NCBI GenBank assembly: GCA_950097015.1
Contig: CATNEN010000041.1
Span: forward strand, 186,001 to 250,000
DNA from: Macrostomum hystrix
Lineage: Eukaryota > Animalia > Platyhelminthes
Direction: 5' to 3'
DNA: 64,000 nucleotides
A program made the translations under genes and the position numbers. Below, piece by piece: positions 46,701 through 57,170 of the stretch (positions are counted from its first letter, which is position 1; the number at the start of each line of letters is the position of its first letter). A model generated the notes under the pieces. It was not told the DNA's origin, made no database searches, and saw only the letters and a program-made list of their open reading frames with translations.

Positions 46701-47581
46701 GTGCTGCATGCAGCAGCCTGCGGCCCCGACTGCAGAAGTCCCGAGATGCTTGGCCACCTGCTGATGCTCCATTTCAGCGCATCCACATGGACTGGGCCTT
46801 CGTGCCCGAGGTGGGCAACATTCTCATTGTAGTGGATTCCTATTCCGGATGGATTGAAGCCTTTCCATCCCGCGACAGGACGGCAGACAGGGTTATTTGC
46901 TCGTTACGTACTGTATTCACGAGATTTGGAGTCCCAGAGGTGGTGGTCTCCGACAACGGACCGGAATTCACGTCTGATGCCCTGCTGTCCTGGCTGCATG
47001 CCAACGGCGCCCGAAAGATGGAAACCCCTCCCTACTCGCCACAATCTAATGGTGCGGCCGAGCGAGCAGTCCAAACTGTCAAGAGGGCCCTGCAGGCCTG
47101 GACACAGAGACTGACCCACTCTGACTTCATTGCGTTTTTGCAGAAGGTTCTGCTTCACCACCGCAACTCGTCAGGTGCAAGGTCAAAGACACCGGCTGAG
47201 CTCGTGTTCGGTCGACGACTTCGCGTACCTGTTGTCTCGGCTTTCCAACAAGGTGACCAGGTCGTATACAAGGCCACCGACCACACCCCGTCCCGAGGCG
47301 CAGAGTTCCTCATGACCCAAGGGCGCAACACATCCTGGTTGCTGACGGACGACAAACTGCGTCTGGCAAGCAACAATCAGATTGCCCGATGCTTTCACGC
47401 ACTTCTGAGGACGACGAGGACGAAAGTCTGGAGCCGCCGGCAGACATGCCTCCCAATGAAACCCCAACACCACCGGCTCCGGTGGCAGATCAAGTTCCGC
47501 GCAGGGGTGACCGAAATCGGCGACAGCCAGACCGATACACACCCTGACACTGTGACGGTTGATATGTTGCCCTCCCGATAA
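43766..47581 (+). CDS. Gag-Pol polyprotein (K02A2.6/Mag-like)
   Basis: Double Zn knuckle CKYC..H..KC..C..C..NH..VC, protease QVDTGA, RT LQMG..YQDD, RNase H TDAS/YSNIEREAL/TDHQPL, integrase H..H..C..C and D..D..E; probable frameshift near 47395. Confidence 0.93.
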   Translation: MASRLGDLFLGDADRALMWLKAFNALARAKKWTDSTESRQVADNFLASCGLPALEKLTHLVAPKEIDKLTFQEIETALVSYLQPQKRLIVAERTDFFSIRQKAAEPIADYLARLRKAATHCAFDSLKDCASPAEELVRLTLISGLYNPEHQRRILGAMQTKDQTISEIVDLIRSCEQINTFVQTCNSVPPVGPAGPLSPPAQHNAATDESVHYSKGGRPTSNGQRIEGCKYCGGSHHAGKCPAYGKTCSKCSKRNHFAAVCRSALTSKSVHHADVPSDASMTPEPSKILHLMDVDLVNAIEVASETLLVDGAKVPMQVDTGASVSVLSSTIWESLGRPPLQKSHRRLEAYDGHTLKTLGKLCSTVEMRGRLHPAEFVVVSSLKPFGLLGRDLLDSDSLFHTNSQAPSPTVAATTLPTIKGIKAQMELVEGARSQFCRARPVPIALEKQVNAELDRLQQLGIIEPVEGPVSNASPVVWIKKKDGTLRMCADYKVHVNDKIKPESYPIPSIEHLFGELKNAKKFAKIDLRSAYWQIELDESAQGISIINTSRGLYRVKRLQMGMKNASFIFQRTMESILSDLKGLLIYQDDIMVYAENVEALQKRLKAVKTRLAEKKVTVNEDKCTGICDSISFLGFEISAAGIRPDDKLVDKVRHISTPKTKKEIEQFLGLVNFFGRLIPDYSAKVAPLNELRKASTLFVWSEACARAFENLKKEISSRPIVQPYSLEKEVTLTTDASKGALAGVVTQEGRPVIFISRTLSKAETNYSNIEREALAIFWAVCRLKHYLQGRRFTVQTDHQPLLRLFGGSIPMSSSARISRWALYLMQFDFSVVYVPGSRIPHADALSRLPFDNDSQDPADAFEAINSVAFESPTINPRRIASELDSDPLLQRIIRRVRNGDWHNCTQAEAAFKRNAAALTIENGLLYMHRRAFIPPRLRKEAFDAIHDTHSGTSASYHLLELSCWWPGMQRDVERFVWQCAACSSLRPRLQKSRDAWPPADAPFQRIHMDWAFVPEVGNILIVVDSYSGWIEAFPSRDRTADRVICSLRTVFTRFGVPEVVVSDNGPEFTSDALLSWLHANGARKMETPPYSPQSNGAAERAVQTVKRALQAWTQRLTHSDFIAFLQKVLLHHRNSSGARSKTPAELVFGRRLRVPVVSAFQQGDQVVYKATDHTPSRGAEFLMTQGRNTSWLLTDDKLRLASNNQIARCFHALLRTTRTKVWSRRQTCLPMKPQHHRLRWQIKFRAGVTEIGDSQTDTHPDTVTVDMLPSR

Positions 47582-47851
47582 GACTAACATAGCCACATGC
47601 GCTCGTTGTTTTGTTTCATTTGACTGGAGGGAGACATGTTGTGCAGTGTCAAAGCAGCCCGGCCCTAACGGCTTTTCTCTCTTCTTCTTCTGTCTATGGT
47701 CCCGTTAAGCTAAGCTTCGCCTCAACTGTTGCACCCCTTTTACCCCCCCAAGCTAAACGTAAGAGTGACTACACGGCTTATTCGCACGCGCGGCTTTAAC
47801 CCAAATACACTCGTTATATTCGCTATAAGAAGCTTCCTTTGAGTCTTGACA
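43766..47851 (+). mobile_element. Gypsy/Mag-type LTR retrotransposon lacking its 5' LTR
   Basis: 1271-aa gag-pol ORF. PPT-like GGAGGGAGACA followed by TGTTG at 47637 (3' LTR, end placed tentatively at GACA 47851). No matching LTR upstream. Confidence 0.9.
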
Positions 47852-47869
47852 ATATTGTCAAGGTGAGGT

Positions 47870-48335
47870 GTCCGCCTCACACCCTGCTCGCCTCACTCCC
47901 TGTCCGCCTCACCCCCTGTCCGCCTCACACCCTGCTCGCCTCACCCCCTGTCCGCCTCACTCCCTGTCCGCCTCACCCCCTGTCCGCCTCACACCCTGCT
48001 CGCCTCACTCCCTGTCCGCCTCACCCCCTGTCCGCCTCACACCCTGTCCGCCTCACACCCTGCTCGCCTCACTCCCTGTCCGCCTCACCCCCTGTCCGCC
48101 TCACACCCTGCTCGCCTCACTCCCTGTCCGCCTCACCCCCTGTCCGACTCACACCCTGTCCGCCTCACACCCCTGCTCGCCTCACCCCCTTTCCGCCTCA
48201 CTCCCTGTCTGCCTCACTCCCTGTCTGCCTCACTTCCTGTCTGCCTCACTCCCTGTCTGCCTCACTCCCTATCCGCCTCAACCCCTGTCTGTCTCACACC
48301 CTGTATGCCTCACCCCCAACCCTGCCCGCCTCACT
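47870..48335. repeat. 16-bp minisatellite, right part
   Basis: Same unit as 43262-43765, degenerating into the polypyrimidine tract of the acceptor. Confidence 0.92.
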
Positions 48336-48353
48336 CTCACTTTATCTCCGCAG

Positions 48354-48542
48354 GAGATCCACAGTATCGCGCGCCAGAGCGAGCGCATGGAATTCGAGTT
48401 TGGCGACCTGTTTGACGAGTTCGTGGACTTGACAGACTATCAGACTCTGCTCACTGATATGGTGGAGCTGGCTGATCAGCTGAGCAGGGAGCCGCAGTGG
48501 GTGCCATTGAAGTGGCTGCCAGAGAACCAGCGGATGACTTGA
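48354..48542 (+). CDS. Second MAGUK terminal exon
   Basis: EIHSIARQSERMEFEFGDLFD...LSREPQWVPLKW; CAG acceptor phase 0; TGA stop. Confidence 0.88.
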   Translation, partial: EIHSIARQSERMEFEFGDLFDEFVDLTDYQTLLTDMVELADQLSREPQWVPLKWLPENQRMT

Positions 48543-48919
48543 TTGCACTGATTGACTAATGACTAGTGGCAACTCACCCAATACCTGGCTACGGATTCTG
48601 CTATCCCAGATCAGCGCCATCGACCTCCACTTTTGAATTTCGCATGCTCTGCTCTTAATTGGCATTGCGCTGTATGCCTATGTCCTACTGTTAGATTTTC
48701 TCCCGTTTGACGAAAAGCTATTTTTATTTAATAGAATTTCGGGCCGGTTGCGAACAGACGATCTAAATCAGTTTCATGCAACCAATAACTGTATATTTAA
48801 TCACCAGGCGTATGCTTCAGTATGCTCACGTACAGATGTACTCCAACAGCGGTTAACATATATTAACAATTGAAATCTATGAAAATATACTGGATTGAAA
48901 TTTGCTTCGCACAGACAGG

Positions 48920-49225
48920 CACAACCACCTCAGGCCTCAGTCCTCAGCCACCTCAGACCTCAGTCCACAACCACCTCAGGCCTCAGTCCACAACCACCTC
49001 AGGCCTCAGTCCTCAACCACCTCAGGCCTCAGTCCTCAACCACCTCAGGCCTCAGTCCACAACCACCTCAGGCCTCAGACCACAACCACCTCAGGCCTCA
49101 GTCCACAACCACCTCAGGCCTCAGTCCACAACCACCTCAGGCCTCAGACCACAACCACCTCAGGCTTAAGACCACAACCACCTCAGGCCTCAGTCCTCAA
49201 CCACCTCAGGCCTCTCCTCCCCACC
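48920..49225. repeat. 23-bp minisatellite (CCACAACCACCTCAGGCCTCAGT)
   Basis: About 13 copies. Confidence 0.93.
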
Positions 49226-49924
49226 TCAGTCCACACACTCGGCCTATCCATGCCTGAGTCCACCCTGAGAAAACTGCATGAGTACACACATATGCTAACA
49301 CATTCCGGTGTTCAAAGACAATTCGCCGAATCCACTGAAATGCTGTAAAGCGCTACTGCTGTAAGCCGCGAGTCGTCAGCCAGGGTCAGACACAGGCCTT
49401 AAGGGGGGTGCCGTAGCTGGAGGCGCCCACCCAGGCGCAGTTGGAGGTGCAGCACTGCCACCACTGGATGCAGGAGCTGCCCACGGGGTAGCACCGTGAG
49501 ATGGAGCTGCAGCTCAGAGCCCCGCAGCTCAGCAGGGCTGTTCTCGAGTGAGTTTATTGGGGAAGGCAGTCCTATAGCATTACAATTTTTGGCGCTTAGG
49601 CAATTATATTCTTATACTGCCTAAATTCCACTATTTGAGTAAAGGTGAGCTCAAGTTTGAAAGTTTTGAGAACTCACCTAGCACAAGAAGGGCGAATGCG
49701 ACAGTCTTGCAGCTGCGGACTGGGGATGACATTCTTAGAAAACTTCTGATCTTCTGAGCTTAATGACCGATTCGGCACGCATCTTGGAAATGTATCAAAT
49801 AGCAAACGGCCAGCGCTCGATATGCGATCGTCTATGGCTAAAATGGGAAGCGGGCTGAAGAGAATGCAGACGGGGATGCGGAAGCGGCAAGAAGCAGATG
49901 AGAAAATATGACGTGTACGAAATC

Positions 49925-50775
49925 ATGAGATGCAGGGAAATATGAGATGCAGGGAAATGTGAGATGCAGGGAAATATGAGATGCAGGGAAATATGAGATG
50001 CTGGAAAATATGAGATGCAGGGAAATATGAGATGCTGGAAAATATGAGATGCAGGGAAATATGAGATGCTGGAAAATATGAGATGCTGGGATATATGAGA
50101 TGCTGGGAATAATGAGATGTAGGTAATGATGAGATGCAGGTAATGATGAGATGCAGGGAATGATGAGATGCAGGTAATGATGAGATGCAGGGAATGATGA
50201 GATGCTGGGAATGATGAGATGCAGGGAATGATGAGATGCAGGGAATGATGAGATGCAGGGAATGATGAGATGCAGGGAATGATGAGATGCAGGGAATGAT
50301 GAGATGCAGGGAATGATGAGATGCAGGTAATGATGAGATGCAGGGAATGATGAGATGCTGGGAATGATGAGATGCAGGGAATGATGAGATGCAGGGAATG
50401 ATGAGATGCAGGGAATGATGAGATTGCAGGGAATGATGAGATGCAGGGAATGATGAGATGCAGGTAATGATGAGATGCAGGGAATGATGAGATGCTGGGA
50501 ATGATGAGATGCAGGGAATGATGAGATGCAGGGAATGATGAGATGCAGGGAATGATGAGATGCAGGGAATGATGAGATGCAGGGAATGATGAGATGCAGG
50601 GAATGATGAGATGCTGGGAATGATGAGATGCAGGGAATGATGAGATGCAGGGAATGATGAGATGCAGGGAATGATGAGATGCAGGGAATGATGAGATGCA
50701 GGGAATGATGAGATGCAGGGAATAATGAGATGCAGGGAATAATGAAGATGCGGGGAATAATGAGATGCGGGAATA
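49925..50775. repeat. 17-bp minisatellite (GGGAATGATGAGATGCA)
   Basis: About 50 copies with a variant gradient (AAATAT type at left). Confidence 0.95.
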
Positions 50776-51189
50776 ACGAGATGGTGGAGAATTCGTTAGT
50801 TTTTGACATTCACACTTAGCAGTCTACTCTGAGCTTTGAGCAGTCAGTCACCCCCAATAGCCACTAGTCTGTGAGTTGCAGGCCAGCTGTCAGTCACACT
50901 GACGCCAGGTGCGGGTGCTAACAACAGTCCTCTGTTTCAGTACTACAGTAATCTGACCAACCCAGGCAGGTGGCCGAAAGGCTCACTTGATAAACCCCCT
51001 GTCAGCTTCAGGGGGATTAAACCAGATCGCAGAGCCCCGTCTAATGCGGCGACTCTCATCTCCCGTCCTTCGCATCCTCACTGGCCGTCCAATCAGCCAC
51101 CCCCTCCCTAGCATCCCCACCCCCACAGGTGGGAGAGATGATGCCGCAGTTCGCTGGCAGCCACTGCAGCAGCCGCTGCAACACCGCAG

Positions 51190-51299
51190 ATGCGCCCGCT
51201 CACCTGCTGCCTGATCCTGGCCGCCATCGCCTGTTGCCTGGCCGAGCTGGATGGCGCTGACAACGGAAACAAGCCGGCTGGTCTGAGCCGCAGAGATCG
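51190..51299 (+). CDS. Signal-peptide exon of a secreted protein (MRPLTCCLILAAIACCLAELDG...)
   Basis: Basic residue, hydrophobic core and small-residue cleavage region; CAG directly before the ATG; GTCAGT donor at 51300. Confidence 0.65.
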
Positions 51300-51521
51300 G
51301 TCAGTGCTCAAAGCTCCCTTGATTAGTTTTTCTTGAGTTCACCGATCTCGGGGCGTCGCGACATTCAAATTACTCGATTTTGGGATTTTGGGAATTTTCG
51401 CCTACGTTGGTGGGATTTCCTAACCATGTGATTTCTCTCAATTTTACGGGCGCCTCTCCATCTTGGATAATCATTTTCCGCTCAGACTCAAAATGGCTCC
51501 ATAAAATTGTCCAATTCATAG

Positions 51522-52905
51522 CCCGATGGCCGGCAGAAACTCCGCCGACAGTAGTCCGCCACCGCCGTCAGCTGGGTGGCCGAAGCCGCCGGCGTCGCAG
51601 CTTCTACGAGCAGCCGCGGCGCAGCGCGCACCATCTTGCCACCGCTCGCTACGGGGGCGGCAGAGCGGCGAGCCGCCGGAGTGAGAAGTCCCGAGGAGGT
51701 GTTGGTGCCTGGCTGAGGGAAAGGCGGAGTCAGTGGAAATCGGTAGCAGCCTCCGGCAGGTACCTCGGCGGTGGCTACGAGCACCGTCTGGGAGCTTCAA
51801 AGCGGCCGGGGCGTCGGCCGCATCTGTGGCGTCAGTTACGCTGAGCAGGCAGTGGAAATGCCAGGACTTAAAAGCATCCCACAATGGACAAACACCCACA
51901 ACCATCAGTATGGCAGTCCTGACACCATGTACCTGACAAACTCCCACAACCATCAGTATGGCAGTCCTGACACCATGTACCTGACAAACTCCCACAACCA
52001 TCAGTATGGCAGTCCTGACACCATGTACCTGACAAACTCCCACAACCATCAGTATGGCAGTCCTGACACCATGTACCTGACAAACTTCCACAACCATCAG
52101 TATGGCAGTCCTGACACCATGTACCTGACAAACTCCCACAACCATCAGTATGGCAGTCCTGACACCATGTACCTGACAAACTCCCACAACCATCGGTATG
52201 GCAGTCCTGACACCATGTACCTGACAAACTTCCACAACCATCAGTATGGCAGTCCTGACACCATGTACCTGACAAACTTCCACAACCATCAGTATGGCAG
52301 TCCTGACACCATGTACCTGACAAACTTCCACAACCATCAGTATGGCAGTCCTGACACCATGTACCTGACAAACTCCCACAACCATCAGTATGGCAGTCCT
52401 GACACCATGTACCTGACAAACTCCCACAACCATCAGTATGGCAGTCCTGACACCATGTACCTGACAAACTCCCACAACCATCAGTATGGCAGTCCTGACA
52501 CCATGTACCTGACAAACTTCCACAACCATCAGTATGGCAGTCCTGACACCATGTACCTGACAAACTCCCACAACCATCAGTATGGCAGTCCTGACACCAT
52601 GTACCTGACAAACTCCCACAACCATCAGTATGGCAGTCCTGACACCATGTACCTGACAAACGCGCACAACGAGCGGCATGGCAGTCCGGAGGACAGTGTC
52701 CGCGAAGGCGGCAAGTATGCTGACGCACATGACCTGCGGCAACGGGACCAAAGGCAGACACGTCTTCGTCGTGGTCCTACCCTCGGCCTGGCCGAGGCCA
52801 AGATCTGCCACTCACCCCAAACGGCCCAACCGGATCGTTTCCCTGGCAAGAACCTGGGGCAACAACTCCATGCCGGATGTCGGTTTGTACCCCAGCAAGC
52901 CAGAA
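51522..52905 (+). CDS. Probable large exon of the secreted protein, with 16 x 16-aa repeat and WxxW-like segments (5' boundary and frame uncertain, indels present)
   Basis: Frame open 51771-52905; a diverged 17th repeat keeps HN..GSP through synonymous or conservative changes; GTGAGT donor at 52906. Confidence 0.5.
51894..52661 (+). repeat. 48-bp tandem repeat, 16 copies, encoding SHNHQYGSPDTMYLTN
   Basis: Direct reading; only 1 of the 3 plus-strand frames is open. Confidence 0.97.
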
Positions 52906-52954
52906 GTGAGTTTGCGTTGTGAGTGCCTGGGACTTCTTCTCAGTGAGGATCTTC

Positions 52955-53033
52955 CCATCTCATCCCATCCCATCCCATTCCATCCCATCCCATCCCATCC
53001 CATCCCATTCCATCCCATCCCATCCCATCCCAT
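52955..53033. repeat. (CATCC)n pentanucleotide repeat
   Basis: About 15 copies. Confidence 0.95.
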
Positions 53034-53379
53034 CGTCAAGGAAGTCGTGGCCCACATTTTCCAAGGGAGCTGTCAGCTCGGCCATCGAGTTCCGGAGGCA
53101 ATGCACCCCAAAGACCTTCGTTGAGCTCTGGTTCCGCATGCGCGCACCTCAGCACCTCAGCACCTCAGCACCAACTGCCTCAGCCGGGACCAGCTCTACC
53201 AGCCCAGCAGCCTGCGTTACTGGACCATCGGCATGCGTGTGAAGTGCGCAGCAGGCTGCCATTCGGGCCGCGTGATGGCTGCGATCCGGTGCCGCCTGGG
53301 AACCAATCAGCCCGACGTGCGCTTCTCTTGATCGATTCTTCGGCATTCGAACATCTTCGGAAACCTCAGTGAGCTCATG

Positions 53380-53690
53380 CCGCACCATTCTGAGCCTGCT
53401 TGCTCTGCTCCAATTCCGTCCCCCTGATCCTGAGCTGCCCGCACCATTCTGAGCCTGCTTGTTCTGCTCCAATTCCGTCCCCTGATCCTGAGCTGCCCGC
53501 ACCATTCTGAGCCTGCTTGCTCTGCTCCAATTCCGTCCCCTGATCCTGAGCTGCCCGCACCATTCTGAGCCTGCTTGCTCTGCTCCAATTCCGTCCGCTG
53601 ATCCTGAGCTGCCCGCACAATTCTGAGCCTGCTTGCTCTGCTCCAATTCCGTCCGCTGATCCTGAGCTGCCCGCACCATTCTGAGCCTGT
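53380..53690. repeat. 58-bp minisatellite (GCACCATTCTGAGCCTGCTTGCTCTGCTCCAATTCCGTCCCCTGATCCTGAGCTGCCC)
   Basis: About 5.3 copies. Confidence 0.94.
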
Positions 53691-54261
53691 TTCCAAATTT
53701 TTCTCTACTTCTCCGTCAACAATGCCCTCCCCGATCCTCAGACACATGCCCTGGATGGAGATCTCTGAGGCTGAAGCACAGCGACAACGTGTTCATCAGC
53801 CTGGCATCGCACGCCGAAATAGCGCGGACGTGATCAAATTCCGTCGGGAAACCGCCATGCGGCCAATCCAGGAGCAACGCGGTACGTTGTATGCAGGAGG
53901 ACCAATATCTATCACGTATGCAGCCACATCGCGGCAGCACTGCTTCTATTGCTTTAATATTGTAAACAGTGTTCCGTAACTATTGAAATCTTTTTACCCG
54001 ATGTACTCGCTTACTATAAATAAACAATAAGCAGTATAAAAATTGCTCGAATGTCAAAGCGTTACTTGGTCATGCAAATTAAAATGATGGTATCTCCGTA
54101 TGACTTTCAGCCAGTGCAATTTCAGAATTTAATGAGCATTTTTCTATTATTATTTATTGCTTTTAGTTCAATGTAGTGTACTTTGATTGGATCAGTTTTT
54201 TATGAGCAATGTGAAAGGGACTATTTCCACAGCAGTGGATTGTATCTGCTTCATCAGGCAT

Positions 54262-55590
54262 ACAACAACAACAACAAACTACAGCCACCCTGGCAGAAGC
54301 CAAAGAGCTGTCAAAAGGCGCGCGCAAGCGCAGACTTGCGTAGCGGGATCAGTCCGCGAGGGTCGGAGATGCCGGCATCAGTCAGCAGCAGGTCGACGAA
54401 GCGCTGTGCTCTCGCCTGGCCGCGCCGCCGTGGTCCCTGCAGGGAAAGCAACAGCACATCCTGCAAGGACTCTGGGCAGCGCTGCTCCGCGCGGATGACG
54501 TGGCCGGCCAGCTGCAAGCGCCGGGTGCGGAGTAGCTGGCTTGGCCGGCAGAGCTGGGCCCGGCGCAACAGCTCGTCGTTTCTGATGTTGGTCGTGGGGT
54601 TCGGCGAGTGGTGGGCTCCGAAGGCAGCGCGCAGAAGTGCAGCATGCGCAGCCTCCAGCTGCCGCTCCTGCGAGCTAGTCAGGGTCCATGTGTGGGCGTT
54701 GTACAGGAGCACTGTTTCGATGACGGCTTGAAACAAACGCCCCCTCAGCCAGTCTGGCAGCGCGGGGCTCTGTAGAACAATTCGCAGGGAGCGAAACGCC
54801 CCCCAGGCGGGCGCCCTGCGCCGGGCGATGTCGTCCTGCACGCTTGGTACTAGACCGCCGAGGTTGGTGAACGCCGTGCAGCGAGGCAGCAGCGCCGCTT
54901 GCCCGCTCACATCATGACAGCGGATCTCAGCGGGTAGGTCTTCTGGGACGGTCAGCACCATCGTCTTTTTGGTGTTCACAGAAAGTCTGACCACGGCTGC
55001 CGCGGCCGTCAGCTTGTCAAGCAGGCGCTGGGCTCCTTCCGCAGAGCTTGACAGCAGCGCCAGATCGTTTGCGTACGCCAGTACGGAGAGCCTCTTCTCG
55101 GGATGTCGTCTACTTGTTCTGCGACAGAGCAAAAAGCCGTCGGAGTCATCAGGAAGGCTGACGCGCAGCACCCAGTCCAGGACCAGGACGAACAGGAAAG
55201 GCGCCAGAGTGTCCCCCCTGCAGCACGCCAGAGGACGTGTCGAAGAAGTCCGACAGACCGTCTGGCGTCACAACTGCCGCCCTGGTTTCCTGGTACAGGG
55301 CCATCACAGCCATTGCCAGCTGCTCAGGCACATGGTACGCACGCAGAATGATCGCAATGACTCGCCTCGACACTGAATCGAAGTCCACGAAGTCCACGAA
55401 GATGCAGACGACCGATTGGTGGATGCGAGCGAGAATCACTGTGCCCCTGCCAGGCCTGAAACCGTTCTGCTCTTGCCGGACAAACTGGTCCAGCACTGGC
55501 TGCAGCCGCGTCAGCAGCACCCTGTTGTACAACTTCGCGGCGCAGGACATCAATGAGATTCCACGATGCTCATCGATCTTGACGGAAATA
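54262..55590 (-). mobile_element. 5'-truncated RTE-type non-LTR retrotransposon (RT fragment, degenerate)
   Basis: RGISLMS, EQNGFRPGR, FVDF, GVLQG, LAYANDLAL, NTKKT, LLYNAHTW, RRLQLAGHV; frameshifts; (GTT)n-type 3' tail at 54262-54278. Confidence 0.88.
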
Positions 55591-56894
55591 AGGCATGCTG
55601 AGTGCGCTATTAATTAATTATGTCCACGGACCATCGCTCACGGACCCAGGCTACAGCTGCAGGTCTGCGTAGCATAGCGCATATGACACTGAAGGTGTGT
55701 CGCAAACTGTTGTGTCGTATGGAGACAATGGCGCCAATGAGAATGGGATATAGGAACTGTTTGACTGACTGCAGCTAAGCAATCATACCGGTGTATAAAC
55801 CGTGTATAAGCCGTTTTTGGAGATAGGTGAGATGCAGTTTCATTAATACTTTCCGCCTATTCCCAATTGTCTTACTTGTCTCAAGATCTCAAGAAATAAA
55901 TTCATGATGCTAAGACCAATGATTAATTAAAACGCTACAACAGTTCTTATAGCGTTTTTTAATTAAATTCGACGTCATGTTTATTACCAGAGCACAATAT
56001 TATCATAATTACATCGTAATAATAATGGCTTTGCATGTAGCAAAAAAGCAGTAGTACACACATTACATATCTCTTCGCTTTAAAGTGCACACTATACGCG
56101 GTCTCACCTTATAACTCTCCTCTTCAACTCAGTTCAATTATACATATATTTTTAATATAATAGTATATTATTGTATTTATATATATATATAAATATATTG
56201 TGTGTGTGTAATTTTTTGGTGACTTTCTAATATCTAATCTAAAGTCTAATTATACTAAACGATCGAAAGTAAACAATAAATCAATATCGGACGAAATATC
56301 CAACGACGAAACACATCCGTAATCGAAACAAGAAACCGACGTGTCTCTTGTTTAACGTGTGGTACAAATAAATATAGTCCAAAATCTATTAGAAAAGACG
56401 GATTTTGCAAGTGGTACAAGTGATTTTAAAAAGTGATGCGGCTGGGTTGCGGCTAGCGAAACGTGCGTAACAAGAACATGACGTCGACAAGTATGATCAT
56501 TTCTAATTGATCTTATAAGGTGGATCTTGACTAACGATCTACAATCACTAATAAAAAAGCATACTGCGACGAATGAAGCACGTACTAACGAAAACGACTA
56601 ACGAAAACGGGATTTAAGTTCCTATTTGATATTGTGATTTTCTTAGAACTGTAGTTTTATTCGTTTCTTAAGTGATGAAATTAGCTTTTTAACTCGCGGT
56701 TCTGCGCTTGATTATAGGATCAAAACAATTTTATTTCAAAATTTGAAAAAAAATTTTGAAAAGTAATGGATTCAACTCATCTATTAGCTCTTAAAGGTAA
56801 AATTTTATGCTGCCATTACTGTTTTTTGCCATAACTATTTGACAGTTTCTCTATAAAATCTTTAGGCGTGAAAAAATGAAATATATGTTATCAA

Positions 56895-57170
56895 GGTTGT
56901 AGCCTAGTGGTTAGGGCGTCGGACTCACGACTTGAAGGTCGGGGTTCGATTCCCCAACTCCACTGAAACAATTTGTGTCCTTTAGCAAGACACTTAACTC
57001 TGCAATGCTTCAGTTCACCTAGCTGTTAAATTGGTACCAGCATTAGTTGGGATAGGCCTAATTGAAGGTGGATGTGGCGTCCCCCAGTCCATGGACTGAA
57101 CAGCTGTATGCAGTCTTCATATGCGCATTGGCTGCACATCTGGCCCTATTGGGGCAGGTGTAATAAAAAT
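56895..57170 (+). mobile_element. tRNA-derived SINE
   Basis: A-box TAGCCTAGTGG (56900-56910) and B-box GGTTCGATTCC (56943-56953); then TGTGTCCTTTAGCAAGACACTTAAC and CAGCTGT..ATTGGTACC, which resemble conserved SINE central domains; A-rich end. Confidence 0.75.

Noticed and set aside
51894-52661. Ice-nucleation-protein homology (16-aa period, YGSxxT)
   Set aside because: Only YGS..T matches; the AGYGSTxTAxxxSxLx pattern is otherwise absent, so the similarity is treated as superficial
54200-54262. Hammerhead ribozyme on the minus strand (CTGATGA...GAAA) beside the LINE tail
   Set aside because: Stem II is followed by three extra bases before GAAA, and no stem I/III pairing or NUH site was found
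56895-56966. Functional tRNA-Val(CAC) gene
   Set aside because: Acceptor and anticodon stems pair poorly, no T-run terminator follows, and a SINE-like body continues downstream
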